Shown here: one piece after another, positions 13,750 through 26,494 of the stretch
Position numbering within the stretch: the first letter of the stretch is position 1
Layout of the letters: each line of letters begins with the position of its first letter
Assembly: GCF_006345805.1 (NCBI RefSeq)
Contig: NC_043013.1
Span: 3,348,001 to 3,412,000 of the forward strand
Reading direction: 5' to 3'
Length of the DNA: 64,000 nt
Source: Octopus sinensis
Lineage: Eukaryota
Position numbers and translations under genes: made by a program
The notes under the pieces: generated by a model
Database searches by the model: none
What the model saw: only the letters and a program-made list of their open reading frames with translations
Told to the model about the DNA's origin: nothing

Positions 13750-13959
13750 GTAATATAATAGGAGTAATAACCTTCTAATGAAGTTCTTTGCTACTTGTTG
13801 TTGTTGCTGTTGGTTTGTTGGTGGCGATGCTGATGACAATATTGAGAGAAATAAAAATTTCTATAAATTCGCAGTTCCAATATTGGAATTTTTCAGGCAT
13901 AAAATATCATACTTCACTTAATGCTAGTTACACACGCACGAAGCATATACAATTATATA

Positions 13960-14006
<47 letters not shown>

Positions 14007-14435
14007 ATACATCGGTTATATATGCTTAAAAATATTACTTGTATGTGTGTGGGTGAGGGGTGGAGCGTGTGCAGAAATCGATAGCATATATTCTATAGAT
14101 TATTTGTATTACATATGAAGAAAATATATTACAATACTACACCCTCCTTATAAATGATTAACACTCGACTAAATACCACATTTTCATAAATGTTAGGCCT
14201 CACAACTTCGGCTGACTTTTCTTGGTTAGCATATATGGGTTTTTTTTTTTTTTGTCTTTGGGAATAGCGAACAATTCATCTCTAAACTATCGCTGTTCAT
14301 TCTGTACAAAGCACAAATGCTGCTCACAACTGAGCGACTAGTAACATAATGAGAATTTACAAAAAAAAAAAAAGACGAAGACAGGCGTGTAAACAACAAA
14401 CATATGTATTAGTTTAACATTCGGGAAGTGAGAAA

Positions 14436-14474
14436 GTCTTTTACGTTTCGAGCCTACGCTCTTCGTCAGAAAGC
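14436..14474 (-). ncRNA. Canonical minimal type I hammerhead ribozyme in a solo PLE terminal repeat (about 14360-14495)
   Basis: CUUU-CUGACGA-A-GAGC-guag-GCUC-GAAA-CGUA/AAAG. Stem I CUUU:AAAG, palindromic stem III ACGU, predicted GUA cleavage between 14442 and 14441. Confidence 0.85.
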
Positions 14475-14989
14475 AACGCAGAAATAAACAGGGTGCTGCA
14501 TGTGCACAAAAAGTTTATACTATATTCCAAAAGTGACTCTCTCACTGAGAAAAGGCTCATCCGTTACAACCGCTAGCCACCTATACGCTGTATTTTCCCG
14601 TTGATTCCTCTACCATTATGATTATATACTCTAGAGTCCACAAATTGTATACTACTTTCACCAACCTCTCTCCCAGCCGATGCGCTCATTTATCTTCTCT
14701 TTATTCCGACTCATCCTAAAACCAGACAATAAATGTGTTGCTAAACATTTTATTCTCAGAACTGCAACCTTCCAAACCTAATCCCTGCCTCACTTTTCCG
14801 GCTGGCATCAACACAATATATCAGCTCATTAATCCTGAAGCTCCTATAAATATCATGGCTACTAAACCCTCTACTCAAATTGAGCAACAAATATGTTTGT
14901 GTAGGCGTGTGTGTGTATGTATGTGTGTGCGCACACGCGTGCGAGTGTGTGTGTGTGTGCGTGTGTTTGTGTGTGTGAGTGCGTGTATC

Positions 14990-15207
14990 TCACTTGTTTT
15001 AGTCATTTGACTTGCGGCCATGCTGGAGCACCGTCTTAAAGGGTTTTAGTCGAACAAATCGAACCCAGAACTCTCGTGCCGAACCACTATGTTATGGGGA
15101 CTTAAACACACCAACACCGCTTGTCAAGTGGTGGGAGGGAAGAAATGCAGACATAGACACACTCAAACATACATATACATACATACATACATACATACAT
15201 ACATACA

Positions 15208-15238
<31 letters not shown>

Positions 15239-15415
15239 TTATATGTAGGTATGTATGTATATACGATGGGCTTCTTTCAGTTTTTGTCTCTCAAATCCAT
15301 TCACAGGGTTTTCGTCGCCCCAAGGCTATTGTACAAGACACTTATCCAAGACATCACACAGTGGGACTGAACCCGGAACTATGTGGTTGGGAAGTATACT
15401 TCTTACCACACAGCA
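14990..15415 (-). mobile_element. SINE family B (CORE-like) with internal (CATA)n
   Basis: gggactgaacccggaactatgtggttggg head (reverse) and gcggccatgctggagcaccg tail. Confidence 0.85.
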
Positions 15416-16439
15416 AAATATGGGCTTATATATGCTGTGGTTTCATTCAATAGTGGATCAACAGCAATCAAATGCAATGGAATGTGTGGATGTGTGTGGA
15501 TGTGTGTGAGTGTGTGTGATTGCGTGTGTGTATGTGTGTGTGTGGGTAACAATGTATTGTACGCTCATGCATTTTAATCAAAATCACGGGATTTTGATTA
15601 AAATAGATTTCAAACAATGTCTGCTTTTTATGCAAGCATTTTCAGACTTTGTTCCTATCAGAAGTGCGAGGCCTTCCAAACTACCGGAACTCATGCAAGA
15701 CTGTTATCTGTAAACCAAAAGTTATCTTTGTCCATTGTACAGCTCCAGGGTTCTCTTGCCTCTCATGGCCCTTCTAGTTCTTCATTAACTCTACAAAGAG
15801 GAGTTAAACCACAAAATATTTCGCTACGAAATTAACTGGTTCTCATTTTTATTGTAGAAGAGTCGTTCTTACCCGATTCAGAATTAGAATTTTTGTTCCT
15901 ATTAAGTGATGTATACCGATTCTAATTGTTGCTAAACGTAGCCATTGCAATGTTTGACCATATTCATCTTATTAGTTACACATTGTTCGTTTGAACCACA
16001 GCAGTTCGGGTATTAGCCACGAAGAAAGGTCCTAAGTTTCTGAGCATCAGTATCTTTAACTTGAGAGATACTTTTGTAAGTATCATTAGATCGTATAGTT
16101 TCTACAAATGGTTTGTCACAGCTTTTATTCAATTTAGCCATGTTTGACTTTGCCATCTGTATTATTATTATTATTATTATTATTACTACCTTGATTTACT
16201 CTATTATCATAATCCTGATCTACAATATTAACACATCTACACGCTGTGAGATGTAGTCGCCCACACTTAGGTAGAGTAATGACTGCGCCAATTGGGAATT
16301 TACTCGACTTTATCTGCATACCAGTTTCCGCAAGAGCAATGGGAGAGAAAATGTTATCTAAAATATAATCATGCAATACACTAATAATTTAACGCAAACA
16401 TGTCTTAAAGCAATATACGCATTTAGTTAGAGACAGACA

Positions 16440-16464
16440 GACATACAGACAGACAGACAGACAT

Positions 16465-16526
<62 letters not shown>

Positions 16527-16527
16527 G

Positions 16528-16611
<84 letters not shown>

Positions 16612-16632
16612 TAGATAGATAGATAGATAGAT
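16440..16632. repeat. (GACA)/(GATA)n microsatellite
   Basis: Directly visible. Confidence 0.97.
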
Positions 16633-16937
16633 AAAGCACAACCTGAATTAATTTCAAACTGCAGCTAATGCTCAAATTCGTCCACTGAACTTTAAACGAG
16701 ATCTTCATGGTGTATGCGAGGCGACGAGTGGCTCTCGACTTCATGGATTAGACATCTAGATGAGGCTAACTGCATGAAGTAGATACGGTTTTTATAATCC
16801 ACGTTATCATATGCATACATATATAGATAGATTTATGTAATATATACATGTGCGTGTATATATACATATATATATATACACGTATGTGTATGTATATGTA
16901 TATATATATATATATACGAGCACGTATATATATATAA

Positions 16938-17137
16938 AAAGGGAAAGTTTACGAAAATAAACAAAAGACGAAGGCTGGTGGAGTACAAACAAACAAATGT
17001 ATTAGTATAGCGCTCAGGAATAGAAATAGAAAAAGTATTTTACGTTTTGAGCCTACGCTCTTCGACAGAAAGATACACAGAAAAGAAACAAGGAGAGAAA
17101 AAATGCGTGTAGGGGCTAACGATCTATCATGGCGTCC
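16938..17137 (-). mobile_element. Solo PLE terminal repeat with mutated HHR, inside (TA)n
   Basis: Same repeat as 7650-7872 and 36251-36465; core CTGTCGA, and GAAA changed to AAAA. Confidence 0.85.
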
Positions 17138-17370
17138 ATATATGCACATACATATATACAAATATATATACTTATAACACACTTATACATACATGTACAT
17201 ATATATATATATATATTACATATATCTATCTATACATATGTGTGTATATGTCTTTATATATATCTATCTATACATATGTGTGTGTATATATATATAGATA
17301 TATATGCGTGTGCGTGTGTATGTATGTGTTGTATCCTCCATCTCTAAATGTCGTGGTACTGCCACGATAT

Positions 17371-17600
17371 TGTGACGGATGGTTTAGATACACTGTATCA
17401 GTGTTGTAACAGTAAACAAGATAAAGATGCAGCCGTAATAACAACTTGATGATCCAACCATATTCCAAACGAACGAACCAACCGACTTCACTGCGAACTC
17501 AACTCGAACTAACACACAAACTTCACTCCGACCACTACTATCTATAATCGCTCGGTCCAGTCAATTTCTCGCAGGTATATAACCTCTTGGTTAAAAAAAT
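17371..17600. mobile_element. Possible LTR fragment
   Basis: Abrupt start tgtgacggatgg followed by composition typical of an LTR end; no second LTR or internal ORF seen. Confidence 0.25.
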
Positions 17601-17754
17601 GGATTGCCTACCCATACAGCGAACCGACTACAATGATGGGGTACAATATTGCTAAACTGCAATTTTAAGGTAGTCCAGGTAGGTGGGTAATTGGAGTGGA
17701 GGATTACAACTTGACATAAAAGCAAACTTTTACCGTTTCTTTCATTTTGTGGCT

Positions 17755-17922
17755 ATCTTATCTTCTGCTCTTGGATTCTAAAAAGCATAACAGTTCGAAA
17801 TGTTTCCGTCTACCAAATCCACTCACAAGGCATTGGTCGGCCCGGCGCTATAGCAGAAGACACTTGCCCAAGATGCCACGCAGTGGGACTGAACCCGGAA
17901 CTATGTGGTTGGTTAGCAACTT
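17755..17922 (-). mobile_element. SINE family B, 5' part
   Basis: gacacttgcccaagatgccacgcagtgggactgaacccggaac. Confidence 0.85.
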
Positions 17923-18372
17923 GATGTAACGGTCCACGAATTCCAGAGAGGCTACACTTCCTGCTGGTGCTTGTATCATCGTTCAGTTTACGGGTAAACT
18001 CATGGATAACTTGTTTTATGAGACAGAGTTTCTGTTCTTTATCGCCAATTCCAAGTTCTTTAAGGAGAGTGCCATATATTTATGGAAAGTTACAGTTCTT
18101 TGTTGAAATATGTTAGTCCTGCCATAATAGGATCAGATGAAAACGAGAATTCGTTATGGAGTTAACTAGAAATCTGTAGGGTGTCCTACTCTTTACTTTT
18201 CAGTGATTGTATATTTTTTGGAGCTGTTCTTTGGAAATGGTTGAATGGAACCATACGACACTCGAAGGCTGACTGTACCAATCTTAATTTTCTTTCCCAC
18301 CTCTTTTCTTTTGAGATAAGCCCTGTCTGTATCACTATTTCTATGTCAGGATCATGAAGATTTTAATATATA

Positions 18373-18590
18373 CGAGGGATTGCTGAAGAGTTCCTGGATT
18401 TAAGGGTATTACGAAAGGCTTGGTTGGGGACCCAACTTTCCGAGTTCTTTTACAGAGTTTAGAAAAACTGAAGGACCGCTTCAACAAGTGTGTGAATTTG
18501 AGAGGGGAATATATTGAATGAAATCGTATTTAACTGTCCCTCCTGTATTTTCTTTTGCCCAAAGCCAGGAACCTTTTAGCACCCAGCTCG
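18373..18590 (+). mobile_element. Internally deleted mariner derivative (MITE-like)
   Basis: TA on both sides. TIRs cgagggattgctgaagagttcctgg and ccaggaaccttttagcacccagctcg. Transposase C-terminal remnant LEKLKDRFNKCVNLRGEYIE*. Confidence 0.85.
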
Positions 18591-19435
18591 TATACGTATC
18601 GGATTTCCTATACAACCGATAAAATATTTCGAATGTTTGTACCGGTAATGGTACTGCAACCGTATTTTGGAATGCTGCCTTGGTGGAAGATGAAAGCTCT
18701 AACGGTCATGCTCATAAAACCGCGTAAAATATCCTTTGATGACACTGTCTTTGTTGACATCACCTTTGTAAGATATACTTTCGTCAATGCATCAGTATTT
18801 GTAGCAATCATTTCATCGAATAGTCGTGATATGGAGATGAATGATGATTCTGGGTCTAAGAAACATTTCTTTTGATAAAACTCCTCCTCTACATCGACTA
18901 GAAACGATATTACTGGATCTAACAATTTCTCAACAGTCCTCCAAATAATAATGGTGTTGTTGCTGTTGTAAAACCGCCAATAGAGCCAATGGATTTTTGG
19001 AAAGGAAATTACACTATACTGTCGCTTTGGGATGTGTGTGTGTGTCTGTGTGTGTGGTTTATTTTTATCTAAACTTATATGTCTATATGCCTATTTACAT
19101 AGTTATGCATCTGTCCACTTCAATAATGTTTGAATTCATCTTTCAGTTATAAGTACACCTTATAGAAACAGGTGTTATATGTAGGTCAACGGAAATACAG
19201 ACATTCTATAGACTAATAGATAGAAATATAAATAAAATGTCAAACGTATAAGCGATAAAATGCCATTATATATATATATATATAATATTATATATATATA
19301 GGTAAAAACGGTAAGATAACAAAAGAAAGAAGAGACCTCAATATTATGTAAGTAGAGGAAATTTATCTGTAAAATAATATGTGAGAATTATTCGGTCACA
19401 TATTATTTACAGATATATATATATATATATATATA

Positions 19436-19500
<65 letters not shown>

Positions 19501-20394
19501 TGAGTTTAAAATTAAAGTATAGATAGGAGACTTTAAAATGTACCCAACCCTTGTTTTGGGTATTTCCTAGTAGTGTGCTTTGAGAGCAATATTTACCGTA
19601 TACGGTTCCCAGGCGCCATCCACGATATCAGTCGCTTGATCTACGTAAGAAATTCTTCGGTACACATTTAGTATATATGGGAACATTTTATCAACACACT
19701 TTATAAGTGCCGACTCTGTTAATATTTCACAGACAATGAAGTAAGTTTCGAATGCATTATGGCTGGGAAAACAGCCGAGAGAGATTAGGTATTTACCCTT
19801 AGAAGATAGAAGATGGAAAAAGTTACCAGGAGGCGTCTACGGAGAATCGAACTCCGTATATATTGATATATAGATATATAGCTTGTGTATAAGTGTGAAC
19901 ATTATATTCGTATGGGTATCTCTAAATGTTTATAATTATGTACTTTGAGTTGTACCATACTTAAGACGGTAAAGGGAGTTGCATCCCTAAACTAGAAATC
20001 ATCTATGGTTAAATCGTTAAAAAAAAAATCTTCTTCGTACATTTCCCTCGCTTTCAGCCCGTGCCAATGTGGTAGATAATGAAGTTCTTAGAGGCATTTG
20101 GCGTCTATTTCCAGCCCTTACTATAATTATATTTATATAATTATATATTTTGTATTAATTGTTACCCATATAGTTTATTACATGCTGGCTAGTTGATAGA
20201 TAATATCCTTTATTATAAAGATATATATATATATATTTAAAATATTTGTGTGATCTTTATGGAATAGGGGTTTCAAGAAACAAATTGTCGAACTCTCTCC
20301 TTCACCAAAAGGTTATCGCACAAGAACGGTCAATGAATTCGTGATTATACTGGCGGTTCTCCAGCATGGCCACAGCTGTATGCATGTATATATA

Positions 20395-20563
20395 TAGGCG
20401 CAGACTCGGCTCTATGGTAAGAAGGTTGCTTCCCAACCAAATGGTTCCGGGTTCAGTCCCACTTCGTGGCACCTTGGGCAGGTAGGTCTTTTGTACTTTA
20501 GACTCGGGCCGACCAAAGCCTTGTGAGTGGATTTGGAAGACGGAAACTGAAAGAAGCCCGTCG

Positions 20564-20594
<31 letters not shown>

Positions 20595-20990
20595 GAAATT
20601 TCCAGAAAAGACAAGGGCAGACATATAAACAACAAGCAGGTGTATTAGTTTGACGCTCGGGAAGGTGAGAAAGCCTTCTACGTTTCGAACCTACGCTCTT
20701 CAACAGAAAGAAACACGAGGAAATAAACAGAGAATAAAAAAGACCTATGGAGTTAACGGTCAATCATGTGTGTGTGTGTGTGTGTGTGTGTGTATGCGTG
20801 TAAGTGAGCGTGTGTGTGTATGTAGCTGTGTTTATCCAACCACCATTACATGACAGCCGATGTTAGTATGTTTTCGTAACTTAGCGGTTCGATAAAGAGT
20901 AGTAGGCTTTTAAAGAATAAGTGCAGAGACTAAAATCTCTTAAGGTGATGCCCTAGCATGGCCGTAGTCCAATTACTGAAACAAATAAAC
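20395..20990 (+). mobile_element. SINE family B with nested solo PLE repeat (20592-20765, minus strand, core CUGUUGA)
   Basis: ggttccgggttcagtcccacttcgtggcaccttgggcagg head/CORE; the PLE repeat sits in the SINE's internal (TA)n/(TG)n; the SINE tail resumes at about 20830. Confidence 0.85.
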
Positions 20991-21105
20991 GAATAAAAGA
21001 ATATAACAATATATATATATACTTACACCTGCCTGTTTGATCCTCCTATATGAAAGTATATCAATATAATTACTTATATGTATGTTATATGTGCGTGTAT
21101 GTATG

Positions 21106-21172
<67 letters not shown>

Positions 21173-22712
21173 TTATAGATTGTTTTGCTTCTATGTTTGA
21201 CATTTTATCAACATCTTTATTAGTCTATATGTCTATATGTCTGTATGTCTGTAATTCCGTCGAGCTATATATAACACCTATTCCTGTAAAGTTTATTTGA
21301 GAAGTGAAAGATGAATTTAAACTTTTGCCGAGAAATCTTACACATCAATTAACATTGAAAAATATGAAGTAATCATTAAGAATTTAAGAAATTAAAAATT
21401 AGAAGATAAAATAATTATTATTATAACAATTAAGAAATGGGTTGGGAATAATATTTTTAATATTGGATATTAAAGGATTGTGGGGTGGAGATGACTGGAG
21501 GTACAATGAATGCAATTATTGTAATAATATATATGGAAATGAACATAAAACTAAAAATGAAAATAGTACGAAATACATAAAAGCAATATAATAAAAATTT
21601 TGAGTAATAATGAAAAATAATAAAATATTGATTAAAAATAAAGAAAAGTAGTAAAAATTGATTTTAAAATGTATGAAAAATATAATGGATTGTAAAAATT
21701 AAAATATACAGAAAGATATATAATAAAAGAAATAGGCGAAATATAATAAAGATATATAGAGATATAATAACAAAATGGCAAACGACTGATAAATATATAG
21801 GTATATATGATATATATATGTGATATGGCTGTGTGTGTGTGTGTGGTGTGTGTGTTTTAAACAATTGATAGGGAAGACAGAGTGTACTGTAAGTTTTATT
21901 TAACACGACGATAATGGAATCGAATGCACCCCATATTGCAGAAGAGCTCTCATCAGGTTACATAATACGTTACAATGTTATAATATATACATTTCCATGC
22001 GAACCACTGGTAAGAAATTATTCTAATTTTTTAATCCCATAATTTACAGACGAGAAGGTAACTCGGAATTAAAATCATTCACTGCTGTCTTGCGACAAGC
22101 CTTTAATTGGGCAAAAACTGGGAGGACACTCTGATATAAAACCTGCGACTGAAAATACACCCAGTGATGTCGACCTGCTCTTCTTTTTGGATTATGCTTT
22201 GTGGTTTAACGAGTGGGAATGGATTCTGTGCAAAACATTCATGTGTGTGTGTGTGTATATGTATATTATATATATATATATATATATACATGCATACATA
22301 TATATATATATATAATACCCAAATAGGACAAGGTGATACAAAAAAGAGACAATCTGGAACTCGACTGAGGAAAGAAAACTCCGAATGACCCGTCCTTGCT
22401 TTCTTTGTATCGTCTGTCTGGATGTTTTGTTGTCCCCTTTTTTGTATCACCTGTCTGGATGTTTTGCGTTCTTGTCCCATTTTTGTATTTTTTATATATA
22501 AAAATATAGCGGCGTACGTACACTTTGGTCTCTTATATATATAGATATAGATATACATATATACATGAAACATTCATTCACACATACATATACATCTATT
22601 GTACATTTGTATTTATGTATGTACTCACACACACTTACATACATGTATGCATATATACAAATACACATATAGATATATAATTAGATAGATGGATAGATAG
22701 AAATAAATAGGT

Positions 22713-22831
<119 letters not shown>

Positions 22832-22949
22832 CAGATGGCAGAAGAGAAAAGACAGAAAGTGAAGGAAAAACTTGAAATACAAATGATTTTAAAAAGACAA
22901 AATCCTCAAATGAACGCAAGCTCGTTCTATCGGTAATCATTTTGGCAAC

Positions 22950-23015
22950 CAGGTATCATGATAATTTCGACACCTCCCGACGATATTGTTTACTTTGGTT
23001 ATCTCATCAGCCTAC
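22950..23015 (-). ncRNA. Candidate type I hammerhead ribozyme of another family, in a PLE-like repeat (about 22940-23290)
   Basis: AGG-CUGAUGA-GAUA...UGUC-GAAA-UUAUCAUGAUA/CCU. Stem I AGG:CCU, stem II GAUA:UGUC, near-palindromic stem III. Confidence 0.55.
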
Positions 23016-23477
23016 GCTGCTGGACTATAGACAGGTGGACATTAAAGACAAATAATGACAGAAATAGACTGAGACTAAACATTAATTGAAAAATTAAGTG
23101 TGTGGACCGAACGGTAAATAAAAACGAGCTGAGAAGGGAAAACAATACAAAGCAAACACCTTTCGACCGGACGACAAAATTAAGGTAAGGTGAGCTAAGT
23201 AACACAAATAAGAACGATTGTGTCTTTCGGTCTTGAGAAAAAATACAAGAATTAAAGAAGCCTGAGGTAAAAAAAAAAATCACCTAACAAATCAGAAACA
23301 GGAAGAGGTGGAACTTGTAACGTCTTTATAGGATGGGAAAGAAACAAAGGTAAACGCGTAATTCGAGAGAGAGGGAGAAAGAGGGAGAGAGAGAAGGGAA
23401 GTGAGAAAAGACTATCGAAGAAGATGAAAACAGGTAAGGAAACAGGAATGAAAAGGATAAATGAGCAGGGGGGTTTC

Positions 23478-23790
23478 AAAGGTCCACAGCTCTTCAATAT
23501 CCTCCCGAAGGACCTGAGAGACCTGCATGGGATGGATGCAGATGTCTTTAAAGTAGGACTGGATCTCTTCCTGTCAGGTGTCCCAGATGAACCAACTTCA
23601 CGGCAGGAGGTGCAGATGAGGGCGGCTGCATCGAACACTCCCATGCACCAAATGGCAGTTGCTAAAAAGCATTCGTGAAGTAAAAAATCATGTAGCAACA
23701 CCGAATGGTGGTGCCCCAGCATGGCCACAACTCGTGAGCTGAAACTAGATAAGCAGAAGAAGAAGAAGAAGAAGAAGAAGAAGAAGAAGA
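23478..23790 (+). mobile_element. 3' end of a CR1/L2-like LINE with (GAA)n tail
   Basis: KGPQLFNILPKDLRDLHG....FKVGLDLFLSGVPDEP...RAAASN is a typical invertebrate CR1-group ORF2 C-terminus. Confidence 0.85.
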
Positions 23791-24448
23791 AGGTAGATGG
23801 TAGCGATGATCAAAAGAAGGATAGAAGGATACAACCAGCACTTGTTTACGTTCTTGTAACTTAACGGTTCAGCAAAATGTACCGACAAGAGTTAATACCA
23901 GACTTTAAAAATAAGTCCTGGGTCGATTTGATCAACTAAGCCTCAGCATAGCCACAGTCCATAGTGTGAAAGAGTGTAAAATAGGTGGTTTACCGGGCCA
24001 CGTTGTGTTCCTGCAAACTGACTGACTTAATTATAGGCTTCATCAGTTGAAATTAACCTACATTAGCCCGAGCTCTTCCAGGTCGAATTTACTTGCCGCG
24101 AAAAGCCCTGAAATATTCTTTCTGGCCGATGATGCTAAGGTGTCTACTTTTGATTGAGCTTAATAAGTTTAAAGGAACTTTAAATTTGACACTAAAATAT
24201 CTGTATATATATTTCCATAATTTTATACCGTTGACCTTCTTTTATTCAGTTAAATATATATGCATGTATGCATATATATATATATATTATATTATATATA
24301 TATATAATATATATATTATATATATATATATATATAATATATAATATATAGATATGATATAGTATATATATATAGTATATATAATATATATATATATAAC
24401 TATATGTACATATATATATATACTATATATGTATATACATATACATAT

Positions 24449-24509
<61 letters not shown>

Positions 24510-24806
24510 ATATTCGGTATGATGAAAAGAAAAAATATTCATATATGTGTTGGTGCTTATTTGTACGTATGTATATGTATGCATCTGCATGCATTCGTTG
24601 CCCACACGCATGTACATATGTGTCTGCAGAATAATAATGAAATAACTCTATAATAACTGTATGCTATATGAATATATTGACTGTGATTTTAAAATTAATA
24701 AGCTTACATCTTTCATAAATATCTGTTTATACTATATTATAGTGTATTCAATATTTGAATTTCTTATACTATGTATTGTGAATAGAAGAATACACAGAAT
24801 CTAATA

Positions 24807-24869
<63 letters not shown>

Positions 24870-25015
24870 ATATTATATGTGTACTCATGGATATGGATGT
24901 ATATGTATGCTTCAGTATATATAATTAATTGTCTATATGCTGTATGTATATATGTATAATTATGTCTATCTATGTATTTATATACCCGTATATGGTATAT
25001 GTATGTTTTGTATAT

Positions 25016-25080
<65 letters not shown>

Positions 25081-25802
25081 ATATGTATATATATATTATA
25101 TATTAAATTGTGCGTGTGTTTTGTTTCATATTTATATTTATATTTTATGATTGTACTTTATAATCTCTCACGAGGCCTAGGGATATATATATATATATAT
25201 AACTACCTCACTTTCAACTGCCTACCACCTCAATACACTTGATTAATATAGGCACAATGAGTTGCTATTATCCATACGTTGAAACAGCTGTAAGTGATGT
25301 TAATAATTTATATTCATGTTTTTTCATATAATTACTTGTATTCTTATCTTATATGCATTGAATGATATACTGTATATATCTATATTATTATGGTTGTCGT
25401 TTTGATAAATAAATAAGTCAACATTTTAATATCCTTAAGTTAATGAACCAACTAATGTGCTTCTCCATTTTCTTATTTGCAATATAAATTAATGGTAAAA
25501 TATTGCAATGAAAACACTGGTGTATTAATAATTGAGTATTATACCAATACATTGGATACACTGGTGTATTAATAATTAGGTATTATACCAATATATTGGA
25601 TAAGTATTATCCCTTAGTGGGTTGGATCCACAACCCCTAACTTACTTGGTATTATATATATATATATAGGAGAGTATTGTAGTTCACTTGAAGCATTGTG
25701 TATTATTTGTAAAGAATAAAATGTTTTGAATTGTACAACAATGCACTATAATACAGACAATGGGCTGAGTATACCTGTTGTAATTTAGTCATCCATAGTC
25801 TG

Positions 25803-25840
25803 ATATGATATTTCGGAATAAAATTCCTTCTTCAGATATT
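25803..25840 (-). ncRNA. Minimal type I hammerhead ribozyme (3' repeat, element sense)
   Basis: AUAU-CUGAAGA-A-GGAAU-uuu-AUUCC-GAAA-UAUC/AUAU; core intact. Confidence 0.8.
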
Positions 25841-26143
25841 CTTAGATGGAGTCGCTGCTAGAATCGGTTTTCTAGCGGATTTTATTTTTTATTTTTTTTT
25901 TATTTTCTGGAAGTGTCTCAGCTTTTTTTTTTCTGGAAGCTCCTCCGGAATTCCTCATGGTAAGTGCGTGAGGTCAGCCATGTCTCAATCTCGTGTCTGC
26001 TGGTACATCCGCAACGCTGCTTCTAAGTTAGGTATTATACGTGCAGTTTCCTTTCTTCCTTCTTCTTTTCTCTTCTCTTCTTTTTTTCATAAGCTACAGA
26101 TGAGAATATTATCAAAAAGGAACCTATACGCATCCAAATGTAT

Positions 26144-26419
26144 CTAAATAATATATTGATTACCAACCTCCAGCCTGTTGTTAATTTGGGGTCCTAGTCT
26201 GTGTATGAGTATAGCTTCCTTAATTCTTAAGTTACCCAAATTTCTTTCATTGGCCTCACTTGTGACTGTTATGTTTTCGTCGGTGTTCCGGCATCTGTCA
26301 AGATGTTTTCTGAAGGAGGAAACTTTCGTGTTCAGATGTTCTTTGATGCGGACATGTAACGGTCTTGTTTTGCTACCCATGTAGAACTTGTTGCATTTGT
26401 TACATTGTATTCTATACAC
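26144..26419 (-). pseudogene. PLE GIY-YIG endonuclease
   Basis: YRIQCNKCNKFYMGSKTRPLHVRIKEH...LRIKEAILIH..GPQIN. Confidence 0.9.
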
Positions 26420-26494
26420 AACATTTACCCGTTGGCATAAATCTGTGTCACGGATGGGACAATTTGTTTGTGTACATTGATTGTTGTCCCTTGT

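Noticed and set aside
19838-19860. tRNA T-arm-like hairpin (ggagttcgattctcc on the minus strand)
   Set aside because: Isolated arm only; no D-arm or acceptor stem.
21350-21800. NUMT-like extremely AT-rich tract
   Set aside because: No recognisable mitochondrial gene, tRNA or rRNA motif in any frame.
24081-24150. RT YADD-like peptide (IFFLADDAKV)
   Set aside because: Too short and without supporting flanking motifs.
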